Numbered from the stretch's first letter, positions 50,373-60,796 are shown. The stretch is 64,000 nucleotides of DNA from Firmicutes bacterium UBA3920 (GCA_002386065.1 DGES01000026.1:20587-84586), one strand, 5' to 3'. Translations and numbers: made by a program. Notes: generated from the letters alone by a model not told the origin.

Positions 50373-51376
50373 TTTAAATCACCTTCTAACTCACTAATTA
50401 GTTCAACCGTTCTATCTACAACACCATGTTTTGCAAACAGTATTGCCTGACCTATCGCATTTTTTACCGCATGTCTATTAGAACTCCCATGCATTTTTAT
50501 TACTCCTCCATTTATGCCTAAAAGTGGAGCACCACCATATTCTGTGTAATCCATGGTTTTCTTTATATTTTTAAATGCAGGTTTTGCAAGACCTGCTCCA
50601 AGTTTAGTTAAAGAATTTTTGTTTAGTTCTTTTTTTAGCATAATAAACATTGCCTGCGCCATACCTTCAATGAGTTTTAAGATAACATTTCCTACAAACC
50701 CGTCACACACTAACACATCTACTTCTCCATAGAGAATATCCCGAGCCTCTATATTTCCTACAAAATTTATCTCTTTTGATTCTTTTAATTTTTTAAAAGC
50801 AGCCTTCGTAAGCTCATTTCCCTTGTTTTCCTCTACTCCTATATTAAGAAGGCCTACCTTTGGATTTGACTTTCCTCTAACTTTATCCATGTATATGGAA
50901 CCTATCACGGCAAATTGAACTAAATTCTCAGGCTTACAGTCGGCATTAGCTCCTGCATCTATAAGTAACATCTCCTCTTTTAAAGTAGGAATTGTAGGTG
51001 CCAACGCCGGCCTTCCCACCCCCTTTATCCTACCTATCTTCAGTAGGCTTCCTGCCATTAAAGCTCCCGTATTACCAGCTGATATAAACACATCACTAGG
51101 ATTCTTTCTAATATATTCTAAACCCTTAACCATAGAAGAATCCTTTTTTTTCATGACAGCATCTACAGGCGGATCATCTGCATATATTACATCATCTGCA
51201 TGCATTATTTCAAACTTTGACATATCTGCCCCTTCATCTGACAATATCTTTTCTAATTCGGCTTCTTTTCCTATCAATACTATCTTATCCATATTAAATT
51301 CTCGTACTCCATCTATGCAACCACGAACTATCTCAAGAGGTGCATTGTCACCACCCATAGCATCAACCAATATCAT
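50369..51376 (-). CDS. plsX: phosphate acyltransferase
   Basis: VDAMGGDNAP N-terminal motif. 4-nt overlap with fabH. Confidence 0.95.
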   Translation of the reverse strand: MILVDAMGGDNAPLEIVRGCIDGVREFNMDKIVLIGKEAELEKILSDEGADMSKFEIMHADDVIYADDPPVDAVMKKKDSSMVKGLEYIRKNPSDVFISAGNTGALMAGSLLKIGRIKGVGRPALAPTIPTLKEEMLLIDAGANADCKPENLVQFAVIGSIYMDKVRGKSNPKVGLLNIGVEENKGNELTKAAFKKLKESKEINFVGNIEARDILYGEVDVLVCDGFVGNVILKLIEGMAQAMFIMLKKELNKNSLTKLGAGLAKPAFKNIKKTMDYTEYGGAPLLGINGGVIKMHGSSNRHAVKNAIGQAILFAKHGVVDRTVELISELEGDLK

Positions 51377-51389
51377 CAGCTATCCCTCC

Positions 51390-51962
51390 TTATTTCTTGT
51401 CCCCATCTATAGATACTAATATAAATTTACCTCTAAATGCCTCTTCTTGACCTATCCGAGTCTTTACCCACACAAAAAACTTATTACCCCGCTGCCTCAT
51501 TACTTCAGCTTTTGCAATTAATTTATCACCTGAATATATGGGAATCTTATATTTCACATTTGCGACACCAGTAAGTGCAACTTTTGCATCTATTACAGCT
51601 ATTGCTAGAGACTCTGCTTGGGCAAATATATAATGTCCTCTTACTATTTTAGAACGTTCAAATACCATGCTGTCATCTGTCTGTAACATAGATATTGCAC
51701 TCTTGCCAAGCTCTAAATCAATGAGCTCTCCAACTATCTCTTTTCCTTCTATAGACCTTAATTTGCTGTGGTTTCGCTTTGCTACATATTTTAATCTTTC
51801 CCTTAACTCTGGGATCCCCAATTCAAGACGATCCAATCGAATAGTCTGTATACTAACTGAAAAATAATCACACAGTTCCTCATCTGTCATAAATGGGTTT
51901 TCTCTCAGGAGCTCTTTTAATGCTTTTTGCCTCTGTCTCTTTGGCAATATACGTTTTGCCAA
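51390..51962 (-). CDS. fapR: fatty acid / phospholipid synthesis transcription factor FapR
   Basis: [37 protein letters not shown] closely mirrors the FapR HTH. C-terminal hot-dog fold. Confidence 0.9.
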   Translation of the reverse strand: MAKRILPKRQRQKALKELLRENPFMTDEELCDYFSVSIQTIRLDRLELGIPELRERLKYVAKRNHSKLRSIEGKEIVGELIDLELGKSAISMLQTDDSMVFERSKIVRGHYIFAQAESLAIAVIDAKVALTGVANVKYKIPIYSGDKLIAKAEVMRQRGNKFFVWVKTRIGQEEAFRGKFILVSIDGDKK

Positions 51963-51988
51963 CTATAGTCACCTCTTAGTAATGGATA

Positions 51989-52005
51989 TTAGTACCTACT
52001 ACTAG
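51989..52005. promoter_or_regulatory. candidate FapR operator
   Basis: TTAGTACCTACTACTAG matches about 13 of 17 positions of the Bacillus-type FapR box as I recall it (TTAGTACCAGGTACTAA). Sits immediately downstream of the -10. Confidence 0.45.
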
Positions 52006-52006
52006 T

Positions 52007-52035
52007 AGTATATACTATCTTTCCTTATCTTTCAA
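52007..52035 (-). promoter_or_regulatory. sigma-A-type promoter of the fapR-fab operon
   Basis: Minus strand TTGAAA, 17-nt spacer, TATACT. Confidence 0.5.
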
Positions 52036-52216
52036 TATTTTTTTATTTGTTTTATAAAAACAATAAAATGAAAAAACCTAGGCAAGCTTATATCATTTTT
52101 AATTCTATTAATTTTAAATTACATTAAGAACTGTTTTATATAATTAAATAGTTATATAAAATAAGACCAAAATTCAGTTGGTAAAGAATTTCCAGCTGAA
52201 TTTTGGTCTTATTTTA

Positions 52217-52396
52217 TTATTCAACCTCTATCACTTGTCGCCCATTATAATATCCGCATTTTTTGCATGCTCTATGAGGACGTCTAAATTCACCACATTG
52301 TGGACATTCCACCATATTAGATGCCTTATACTTCCAATTGGCTGCTCGTCTCATCCTCGATTTTGACTTAGAAGTTTTTCTCTTTGGAACTGCCAT
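52217..52396 (-). CDS. rpmF: 50S ribosomal protein L32 (59 aa; below the ORF-track cutoff)
   Basis: Hand translation gives MAVPKRKTSKSKSRMRRAANWKYKASNMVECPQCGEFRRPHRACKKCGYYNGRQVIEVE. SD GAGGAGGTG upstream. Confidence 0.95.
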   Translation of the reverse strand: MAVPKRKTSKSKSRMRRAANWKYKASNMVECPQCGEFRRPHRACKKCGYYNGRQVIEVE

Positions 52397-52402
52397 AGCT
52401 TG

Positions 52403-52927
52403 TTACACCTCCTCACTGTCAGAAGGCAAGAGCTTTTTAAGCTCTAAAAGCCTTATATCTATGTCATCATCTCTATCACAGTTACATTTATGTCTATTGA
52501 GATTAGTGCCACATTTAGGACATAAGCCTTTACAATCTAAAGAACATACCCGCTTTATAGGTAATTTTAATAAGGTATATTCATATACTATTCTGTCAAG
52601 TTCAACTCTATTTCCAGTATAGGTAAATAAATCAGGATCATCATTTTCCATAATATCTACTCTACTACTCAATTTTACAAAAATAGATTGATCAATTTTA
52701 TGAGTATAAGGTTCTAAACATCTACTACATGGTATGACTATTTCTCCATGTATACTCGCTGACAGATAGAGATAATTCCTTCCATTAGTAAATTTACCCT
52801 CAACATCAAATGGTGAAAGGAAAGAAAGCTTATCTCCTTGGTATACCGTGTTTTTAAATTTTACCTCTCCGGAAAACTCTTTCTCGGCACCTCTCTCATT
52901 TATTATGTCAGACACATTGACAATCAT
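52403..52927 (-). CDS. yceD: YceD/DUF177-family protein
   Basis: C-terminal CSLDCKGLCPKCGTNLN...CNC motif. Classic yceD-rpmF pairing. ATG 52927 follows AGAGGTGA. Confidence 0.85.
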   Translation of the reverse strand: MIVNVSDIINERGAEKEFSGEVKFKNTVYQGDKLSFLSPFDVEGKFTNGRNYLYLSASIHGEIVIPCSRCLEPYTHKIDQSIFVKLSSRVDIMENDDPDLFTYTGNRVELDRIVYEYTLLKLPIKRVCSLDCKGLCPKCGTNLNRHKCNCDRDDDIDIRLLELKKLLPSDSEEV

Positions 52928-53000
52928 TAAAATCACCTCTAAAAGATAGACGGATTAATTATATAGATACAACAAAGATTTGTCAAGCACCTGAAAGACA

Positions 53001-54212
53001 CTATTTTAAACCTAGAAGCTCTACTGTATCTCTTGCAATCATTAGCTCTTCGTTTGTAGGAATTACATATACACCAACTTTAGAATCAGATGCAGAAATT
53101 TCCCCTTCAGCTCCACAACCAGCTGCTATTTCATTGTTTTTCGTCTTATCAATCTTAACACCAAGATACTCCAATCCACTACATGCATCTTCCCTAATAG
53201 AAGGTGTGTTTTCTCCAATCCCTGCAGTGAAAACTATATAATCAAGTCCTCCCATTGCAGCTGCATATGCCCCTATATATTTCTTCACACTATAACTAAA
53301 CATATTCAAGGCTAATTGAGCTCTTTCATGGCCGTCAGCAGCAGCCGCCTCTAAATCTCTAAAATCGCTACTTATACCTGATACACCTAATACTCCTGAT
53401 TTCTTATTCATATATATATTCATCTCATCAGTAGATAATTTTTTTCTTTCCATAAGGCAAGTTACAATTGCCGGATCTATGCTTCCACATCTACTTCCCA
53501 TTGGCAGCCCTTCTAAAGGAGTAAGACCCATACTAGTATCTATACATTTCCCATCTTTCACAGCTGCTATACTTGAGCCATTACCTAAGTGACAGGTTAC
53601 CATTTTAGTTCCCTCGGCATCCTTATTTAGCAATTTTAATAACCTCTTTGAAACATATCTATGTGATGTTCCATGAAAACCATAGCGTCGTATTGAATAT
53701 TTTTCATAATCTTCATAGGGAATGGCGTACGTATAAGCTTCTGGAGGCATGGTCTGATGAAATGCTGTATCAAATACAGCAACCATTGGTGTATTAGGCA
53801 TAACCTGTTCACAGGCCTCTATACCCATCAAATTGGCAGGATTATGCAATGGACCAAGTTCAAAATTTTCTTTTATTACCTTCTTTACTTCTTCATCAAC
53901 AACCACAGATTCAAATATTTTATCCCCCCCATGGAGAACTCTGTGTCCTACAGCAGCAATCTCATCCATACTTTTTATTACACCATATTCAGGATGGACA
54001 AGAGTCTCTATTACAAGTTCCATAGCTTTAGTATGATCCTTTATATCTTTAGATATTTTTACCTCCGGTTTACCCATTGGTTCATGTTTTAAAACAGGAT
54101 CTTCTATCCCTATTCTTTCAACATTACCCTTCGCTAGTATACTTTCATCTTCCATTTCTATAAGTTGATATTTCAAAGACGAACTTCCTGCATTGACAAT
54201 TAATACGTTCAA
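53001..54212 (-). CDS. ackA: acetate kinase
   Basis: VLIVNAGSSSLKYQL N-terminus, HLGNGSS, TAGIGEN. Confidence 0.97.
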   Translation of the reverse strand: MNVLIVNAGSSSLKYQLIEMEDESILAKGNVERIGIEDPVLKHEPMGKPEVKISKDIKDHTKAMELVIETLVHPEYGVIKSMDEIAAVGHRVLHGGDKIFESVVVDEEVKKVIKENFELGPLHNPANLMGIEACEQVMPNTPMVAVFDTAFHQTMPPEAYTYAIPYEDYEKYSIRRYGFHGTSHRYVSKRLLKLLNKDAEGTKMVTCHLGNGSSIAAVKDGKCIDTSMGLTPLEGLPMGSRCGSIDPAIVTCLMERKKLSTDEMNIYMNKKSGVLGVSGISSDFRDLEAAAADGHERAQLALNMFSYSVKKYIGAYAAAMGGLDYIVFTAGIGENTPSIREDACSGLEYLGVKIDKTKNNEIAAGCGAEGEISASDSKVGVYVIPTNEELMIARDTVELLGLK

Positions 54213-54335
54213 TTTGCACTCTCCTTTTTTACAATGATCTTATTATAATTTAAATCAAATAAATTAAAAGTAATTATTACATAATTTAAACATGTATTTT
54301 ACTCCCATTTGATTTATTGAAATCCTACATGTATA

Positions 54336-55328
54336 TTATAAATTCTGAGCCTGAACAGCTGTAATAGCTATTACATTTACTATATCATCTACACTACAAC
54401 CACGAGATAAATCATTAACAGGTTTTGCTAATCCCTGACAAATAGGACCTATAGCAACTGCATTTCCAAGCCTCTGTACTAACTTATAGCCAATATTTCC
54501 TGATTGAAGATCTGGAAATATAAGTATATTTGCTTTGCCTGCAACCTTACTATCCGGCGACTTTAATTTGGCTACACTTTCCACTAATGCTGCATCAGCT
54601 TGTAACTCACCATCTATATCGGTATCCGGCGCCATCTCTTTTGCATATTTAGTTGCCTCAACTACCTTGTCCACTAATTCATGGCGGGCACTACCTTTAG
54701 TTGAAAAAGAAAGCATTGCCACCTTCGGATCCAATCCTACTAAATCTTCACCAGTCTTAGCAGTGGTTACTGCGATTGCCGCCAATTGTTTAGAATCAGG
54801 ATTTGGATTTACTGCACAATCAGCAAATAGTAATATACCATCATGTCCATATTCTTTGTATAAAACTTCCATTATAAAACAACTAGATACCACTGGTATC
54901 CCTGGAGCAGTCTTTATTATCTGCAATGCAGGCCTTAGTACATCTCCCGTTGTATTTATAGCACCAGCTACTAAACCGTGGGCATCTCCCATTTTCACCA
55001 TCATTGTACCATAATATAATGGATCCTTTACAAGGTTCTTTGACTCCTCTAAAGTCAATCCTTTATGTTTTCTAATAGTTACTAACTGTTCTACATAGTC
55101 ATCGTATTTCTCTGATCTTTCTGGATTGATAATAGTAATTTCAGATGTATCAACATCTTTAACTTTTGACTTTATTTCATCCTCATTGCCAAGTAATACT
55201 ACATCTGCTAAACCTTCTTTATCAGCTATAACTGCAGCCTTTAACGTCCTCTCCTCTGTGCCTTCTGGTAGTACAATAATCTTTTTAGAGCATCTTGCCT
55301 TGTTCTTAATAGATTCTATTAATCCCAT
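54336..55328 (-). CDS. pta: phosphate acetyltransferase
   Basis: 330-aa PTA_PTB-type enzyme, IVLPEGTEERTLKAA and SRGCSVDDIVN motifs. Confidence 0.93.
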   Translation of the reverse strand: MGLIESIKNKARCSKKIIVLPEGTEERTLKAAVIADKEGLADVVLLGNEDEIKSKVKDVDTSEITIINPERSEKYDDYVEQLVTIRKHKGLTLEESKNLVKDPLYYGTMMVKMGDAHGLVAGAINTTGDVLRPALQIIKTAPGIPVVSSCFIMEVLYKEYGHDGILLFADCAVNPNPDSKQLAAIAVTTAKTGEDLVGLDPKVAMLSFSTKGSARHELVDKVVEATKYAKEMAPDTDIDGELQADAALVESVAKLKSPDSKVAGKANILIFPDLQSGNIGYKLVQRLGNAVAIGPICQGLAKPVNDLSRGCSVDDIVNVIAITAVQAQNL

Positions 55329-55969
55329 TTTATATCCCCTTCCTATATCACTTATATTGCTACAAATTCATATAACGCATGTTTTTGCTCCTGCTTCACA
55401 CAACTAGAAGCCCTTCATTGCCAATTCAAGTGCTGACCTTAGCAAAGAGCCATATATATCAGCCAATTTTTCTTCTATACAAAGATATTATTCCCTTAAA
55501 GAACCATAGTGTTGTACATTTTTTCTTTTATATGAATAATATTTTTAAATTATCGATATAATTAGTTAGTTTTATAAAATCGGCCCCCTAGTTTTGAACT
55601 GGCTAAATATTATAATAGGGTCATTTTATAACCACTAATCTATGAGTAAAATCACAAATTAGTGGTTACTATACCCCAAAATTTATCAAAACCCATTATA
55701 TATTCTACATAAATCGCCAAAATCCTCTTTTTATTGAATACTTATATTTTAAAACATCACTTAATTAATAAAATACACTTCTTTTTTCAATATATAATAT
55801 AATACATATTAGAAACACTTTTTTCTTTAAATTTTTCTACAGTTTTCTACATGTTATCTTTATAAACCTTATATTAAGAATTAAAGATATTCTTAACCTT
55901 TAACTATACACTACAGGAATATTGTACTATAATAATGGAAACTATACAAATTTTATGGAGAGGAATTAC

Positions 55970-57229
55970 ATGAAAGTATTAGGAATAATAGCTGAATATA
56001 ACCCTTTTCACAATGGACATCTATATCATCTTATGGAGTCTAAACGAATAATAAATCCTGAATATGTAATTGCTATAATGTCAGGAAATTTCACTCAAAG
56101 AGGTGAACCGGCATTATTCGATAAATGGATAAGAACAGAAATGGTATTAAAAAATGGCGTTGACATAGTCATAGAACTTCCTACAGTTTATGCATGCCAA
56201 ACTGCAGAACTCTTTGCACAAGGAGGTATACAACTTTTAAATTACTGTAATGTAGTAACACATATGAGTTTTGGCAGTGAAATTGGAAATATAGAGCCTT
56301 TATATGATATTGCGAAAATACTCATAGATGAACCCATAGAATATAGACATCTACTTAATTTATATTTAGATAAAGGTCTTTCGTATCCATCTGCACGCAA
56401 TAACGCCCTTTTAGAATTGAAAGATATATATAACATGAACATATCCAAGTGCCAGTTAAACAAGCTTCTGACAAGTCCTAATTCCATACTTGGACTTGAA
56501 TATATAAAAGCACTCATAAACACAAATAGTTCTATAATACCCATATCTTTCCCTAGAAAGGCTGTAGAGTATCATGACAGAAATATAGTAGGAAATATAG
56601 CTAGTGCAAGTGCTATAAGAGAAAAACTTAAAACTTCAAGGTCATTAAATCCTATACAACAATTCATACCCAAACTATCTTTTTATATATTAGAAAAAAA
56701 TATATCAAAGGATATGGGTCCTGTATTTATAGACAATCTAGAACAGCTAATACTTGGAACTCTCAGAAGAATACCATCAGAAGAATTAGCCTCCATAATG
56801 GATGTGGAAGAGGGTTTGGAAAATAGAATAAAGAGATATGCTGCAGAAGTTTCTTCTTTAGAAGAGCTATTAAATAAGATAAAGACAAGGCGTTATGTAC
56901 TCACACGAATACAACGAATACTTATAAACATGCTACTTGATATTACTACACATAAGGTTAAGCTCTATAACAAAGCCGGCGGACCTCAATATATTAGAAT
57001 CTTAGGTTTTCAAAAAAGGGCACTTCCCCTCATGCAAGAGCTCAAAGACAAAGCAATGGTACCTATAATAACAAAATCAGCCCATTATCAAAGAGAAAAT
57101 AATACTCTTCTTAAAGATATGTTTTTAACGGATGTACTTGCTACTAATATATACAGATTGGGCATTCCAAATCCCATTTATAGAAGTGGTGGAGTAGATT
57201 TTAAAAAACCTCCTGTCATAATTCCATGA
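55970..57229 (+). CDS. tmcAL: tRNA(Met) cytidine acetate ligase (YlbM/UPF0348 nucleotidyltransferase)
   Basis: MKVLGIIAEYNPFHNGHLYHL HIGH-like motif. ATG 55970 follows GGAGAGGA. Confidence 0.8.
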   Translation: MKVLGIIAEYNPFHNGHLYHLMESKRIINPEYVIAIMSGNFTQRGEPALFDKWIRTEMVLKNGVDIVIELPTVYACQTAELFAQGGIQLLNYCNVVTHMSFGSEIGNIEPLYDIAKILIDEPIEYRHLLNLYLDKGLSYPSARNNALLELKDIYNMNISKCQLNKLLTSPNSILGLEYIKALINTNSSIIPISFPRKAVEYHDRNIVGNIASASAIREKLKTSRSLNPIQQFIPKLSFYILEKNISKDMGPVFIDNLEQLILGTLRRIPSEELASIMDVEEGLENRIKRYAAEVSSLEELLNKIKTRRYVLTRIQRILINMLLDITTHKVKLYNKAGGPQYIRILGFQKRALPLMQELKDKAMVPIITKSAHYQRENNTLLKDMFLTDVLATNIYRLGIPNPIYRSGGVDFKKPPVIIP

Positions 57230-57309
57230 TATGAATTTTTCTGCGCATAGTCTTACTCCAATTTTAATAGATATTATATTGTAGCAGTATAATATATCGG
57301 AGGAGACAT

Positions 57310-58482
57310 ATGGAGCCATATATTCATAAAAAAATTCAATTTTTTATATTTTTAGTTTTAATCATAGGGATAATAATTATATTCTTTGCCTATCCTCAAC
57401 TCATATTTGAGGGGGCAACCAAAGGTATGGATACATGGATAAAAGTGGTTATTCCTGCCCTTTTCCCTTTTTTTGTTGCAGCTGAAATTATGATAACCAT
57501 GGGTATAGTAGATTTTGTATCTGTACTACTCTCACCTATAATGGAACCCCTATTCGGCTGTTCTGGAAGTAGTTCATTTGTATGGGCAATGAGTATAACA
57601 TCAGGATATCCTACCTGCGCCCATCTTGTCACTTCTCTCATAAAACAAAAAAACATTAATACTTTAGAAGGTCAAAAGATACTCGCATTTGCCTCAACCT
57701 CAGGACCACTTTTTATGTTAAGAGCAGTTGGAATAGGCATGCTAGACAGTCCCGGCGCAGGTAGAATAATAGCCTTTAGCCATTATTTTTCTGCCTTAAT
57801 TATTGGATTTTTATTTAAATATTATGGAAAAAATTCCTGTCAAAAAAAGAACATATCAAATAAAGACATACCTACATTACATAAAGCTATGGAAAGTATG
57901 TATGTTGCCAGAAAAAAGAATACTCGAAACTTGGGACAGATAATAAGGGATAGTATAAAAAATTCATTTGAAACCCTCGTAATAGTGGGAGGATTTTTAA
58001 TTATATTCTCTGCATTAACTCCACTTGTAATTAAAATATTTCCAGCCAACCATGATTTTTTAAATGGGCTAATTTCCGGTATGCTGGAGATGACAACTGG
58101 ATGTATGACTATCAGTCAAAGCTCTATGCCTCTTCCAGAAAAAATAGCATGTATATCTTTTATCATTGGCTGGAGTGGATTATCAGTGCATTGCCAAGTC
58201 ATCAGTATGATAAGTGAAACTAGTATTTCAATTAGCATTTATGTAGTTACAAAACTATTACATGGCATATTATCGGCAATTATCGGATTAACAATTTCAA
58301 ACATACTATACATAGATTACATTCAAACCTTTAATCCCATGCCAACTGTCAAGACTTTGTCATGGACGTCTATAACACAATACTCTTTAAAATTTTTATC
58401 TTTGACATTATTCATATTGTTAGTCCTAGGGATGTTTGTGATCCTATTACATAAATTACATAAAAAGTATAATGAAAGATAA
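57310..58482 (+). CDS. ylbJ: sporulation integral membrane protein YlbJ-like (nucleoside-recognition domain)
   Basis: Polytopic. GMDTWIKVVIPALFPFFVAAEIM motif. Synteny with coaD/rsmD/ylbM as in Bacillus. Confidence 0.7.
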   Translation: MEPYIHKKIQFFIFLVLIIGIIIIFFAYPQLIFEGATKGMDTWIKVVIPALFPFFVAAEIMITMGIVDFVSVLLSPIMEPLFGCSGSSSFVWAMSITSGYPTCAHLVTSLIKQKNINTLEGQKILAFASTSGPLFMLRAVGIGMLDSPGAGRIIAFSHYFSALIIGFLFKYYGKNSCQKKNISNKDIPTLHKAMESMYVARKKNTRNLGQIIRDSIKNSFETLVIVGGFLIIFSALTPLVIKIFPANHDFLNGLISGMLEMTTGCMTISQSSMPLPEKIACISFIIGWSGLSVHCQVISMISETSISISIYVVTKLLHGILSAIIGLTISNILYIDYIQTFNPMPTVKTLSWTSITQYSLKFLSLTLFILLVLGMFVILLHKLHKKYNER

Positions 58483-58489
58483 AGTGTTA

Positions 58490-58939
58490 TTATTTTTTCA
58501 TAGATTTTAGTTGTTTTCTATTTTCTACCAACATTTCAAGTTGGTTTCGAATATAACTTTCTACCTCATCCAGCAGTCCATCCGCATAGTCCCTAGCTCC
58601 AAGACGTATTTCTTTAGCAGCATTCTGCGCATTTTCTATTATCTCCCTCGACTGCTGATAAGCCTTCTGTGTAATCTCATTTTCCTCTATGAGATTTCTC
58701 ATATGCTGTTCTGCCTCTTCTACTATAAGTTCTGCTTGTTTCTGAGCATCCATGAGAATTCGTTGTTTTTCATTTTTTATCCATTCAGCCTGCCTTATTT
58801 CATCTGGTAGATTAAGCCTTATGTCCTTTATAATATCAAGACATGTATCCCTATCGATAAGTGCCTTCCCAGTAAATGGCATAGTGTTCCCAGCCTCTAA
58901 CTCATCTTCAAGAGCATCTAAAAGATCTAGTATATTCAA
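58490..58939 (-). CDS. hypothetical coiled-coil protein (149 aa)
   Basis: Highly charged heptad-like sequence. Follows coaD on the same strand. Confidence 0.5.
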   Translation of the reverse strand: MNILDLLDALEDELEAGNTMPFTGKALIDRDTCLDIIKDIRLNLPDEIRQAEWIKNEKQRILMDAQKQAELIVEEAEQHMRNLIEENEITQKAYQQSREIIENAQNAAKEIRLGARDYADGLLDEVESYIRNQLEMLVENRKQLKSMKK

Positions 58940-58958
58940 AACTCTTCCCCCTTAAATA

Positions 58959-59441
58959 CTATTCATTTCTAAGTTTAGCTTGAACATCATATAAAATTTC
59001 TTCAGGAATTAGCTCTTTTATACATCCACCTAACTTGCCAATTTCCTTCATCATGCTTGAACTTAAAAACGAATATTTATAACTTGTCATCATAAAAAGA
59101 GTCTCTATTGATGGATCTAGCTTTCTATTCATAAGTGCCATTTGAAATTCATATTCAAAATCGGATATGGCTCTCAGACCCTTTATTATAACTGAACATT
59201 TTTTTTCTCTGGCATAGTCTACTAATAGACCTTCAAAATGATCAACTTCTACATTGGGCATTGATTTTACAACCCGCTCTAAAAAATCAACCCTCTCATC
59301 TATGCTAAACGTAGGCGTCTTATTCGGATTTCTTGCAACTGCTACAATAACTTTATCAAAGATCTTTGAAGAACGTTTTATTACATCAAGATGACCATTT
59401 GTCACTGGATCAAAACTACCTGGATATATAGCTATATTCAT
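58959..59441 (-). CDS. coaD: pantetheine-phosphate adenylyltransferase
   Basis: [19 protein letters not shown] motif. Confidence 0.95.
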   Translation of the reverse strand: MNIAIYPGSFDPVTNGHLDVIKRSSKIFDKVIVAVARNPNKTPTFSIDERVDFLERVVKSMPNVEVDHFEGLLVDYAREKKCSVIIKGLRAISDFEYEFQMALMNRKLDPSIETLFMMTSYKYSFLSSSMMKEIGKLGGCIKELIPEEILYDVQAKLRNE

Positions 59442-60010
59442 TTAAAATCTCCTTTCTTGTATAAACTTATCCCTGTATTTCCATACTTTCTAGTATCTAT
59501 TTTAATCAACTCTTCTACATTATTAGGCATCTCATTTTTGTAGTCATGTTCCACAACCACTACACCTTGCCTATCCAATATATCGGCATTTAATATAGCC
59601 AATAAAACACTTTTTTCAATATTAGCATTATAGGGGGGATCCATAAATATTATATCAAATGCGTCTCTCTCTTTTGACAAATCATCAATAGCTTTAAATA
59701 CATCCTTTTTGATTATATGTATCATAGAAACGCAATCTAAATTTCGAGCATTTTTTTCAATGACACTTACGGCTTTCCTATTTTTTTCTATAAAAACGGC
59801 CTTACTACTACCCCTACTTAGTGCTTCAAATCCCATATTGCCTGTCCCAGCAAATATGTCGAGTACAGCACTTTCGTATAATTTATCTCTTAACATGTTA
59901 AAAACCGCTTCTTTAACCCTATCAGAGGTAGGTCTTGTATTAGAAGAACCTTTTATAGAAATAAGTCTTCTGCTTTTCCACCTACCAGATATAATTCGCA
60001 AACCTGGCAC
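59438..60010 (-). CDS. rsmD: 16S rRNA (guanine966-N2)-methyltransferase
   Basis: [27 protein letters not shown] and DPPY motifs. Confidence 0.9.
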   Translation of the reverse strand: MPGLRIISGRWKSRRLISIKGSSNTRPTSDRVKEAVFNMLRDKLYESAVLDIFAGTGNMGFEALSRGSSKAVFIEKNRKAVSVIEKNARNLDCVSMIHIIKKDVFKAIDDLSKERDAFDIIFMDPPYNANIEKSVLLAILNADILDRQGVVVVEHDYKNEMPNNVEELIKIDTRKYGNTGISLYKKGDFK

Positions 60011-60072
60011 CCCCTTGTTCTATTATGCTAATTTTAACATAATTTTAATTTATGAACAAGCTCTCGACTTTA

Positions 60073-60214
60073 TTGGAGCTTCCGCATTTTTTTCTGAATC
60101 ATAGATAAATCAATACCTTTAGTGTTTAATATGTAAACATCAAATAAAACACTACAAATCAATGCGTTTTATAGACTCGTATAAATGCGTTTTATTTTTT
60201 ACGGAAACTCAAAC
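60073..60214. repeat. larger palindromic copy of the dispersed intergenic repeat
   Basis: Left arm TTGGAGCTTCCGCATTTTTTT (60073-60093). Right arm GTTTTATTTTTTACGGAAACTCAAAC (60189-60214), which matches 10153-10178 at 22 of 26 positions. Internal duplication AATGCGTTTTA at 60171 and 60184. Confidence 0.45.
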
Positions 60215-60462
60215 TAACATTATATAGAATTTGCGATGTGTTATTGAGGATTATAAAGATAATACTATACACTAATGTTCTATTCCCGCCATATTAAAGA
60301 TTTAAAAATCAAATAATACTAATAATTATAAATTACCGCTTTATTATTAGATAAAATTCAACTAAAATGAATATTTTTTTATTTTTTAGTAATAATATAG
60401 ATGTTAAATAAATTATTATTTAACATCCCCCATAGAGCTCTTCCTTCAATTTCTCCTCTCCC

Positions 60463-60492
60463 AAAGCTGATGTATTATCATCAGCTTTTTTT
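60463..60492 (+). terminator. orphan plus-strand intrinsic terminator (no annotated plus-strand gene upstream)
   Basis: AAAGCTGATG / CATCAGCTTT 10-bp stem followed by TTTTTTT. Confidence 0.5.
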
Positions 60493-60535
60493 ATTATAGC
60501 CTTTTGAATCACAAAAATATCTATGTAGTATTACT

Positions 60536-60575
60536 AAAAACATATAGGGAAGGGCGCCCTTCCCTATATGTTTTT
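60536..60575. terminator. bidirectional terminator downstream of the SASP gene
   Basis: CATATAGGGAAGGGC|GCCCTTCCCTATATG perfect palindrome, flanked by an A-run and a T-run. Confidence 0.7.
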
Positions 60576-60586
60576 ATATGAATTTT

Positions 60587-60796
60587 TTATTTGCCAGCCA
60601 TCTGTCTTTGTGCCTGTTCTATCATCCTCTTAACCATATATCCACCAATATATCCAGCTTCCTTAGCTGTTAAATCTCCATTATAGCCTTGCTTAAGATT
60701 TACACCAACCTGACTTGCTATTTCGTATTTCATATTATCTAGTGCTTGTCTTGCTTCAGGAACTAAAGTTTTATTATTTCTATTAGTATTAGGCAT
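60587..60796 (-). CDS. alpha/beta-type small acid-soluble spore protein
   Basis: LVPEARQALDNMKYEIASQVGV...GDLTAKEAGYIGGYMVKRMI matches the SASP signature. 69 aa. Confidence 0.92.
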   Translation of the reverse strand: MPNTNRNNKTLVPEARQALDNMKYEIASQVGVNLKQGYNGDLTAKEAGYIGGYMVKRMIEQAQRQMAGK

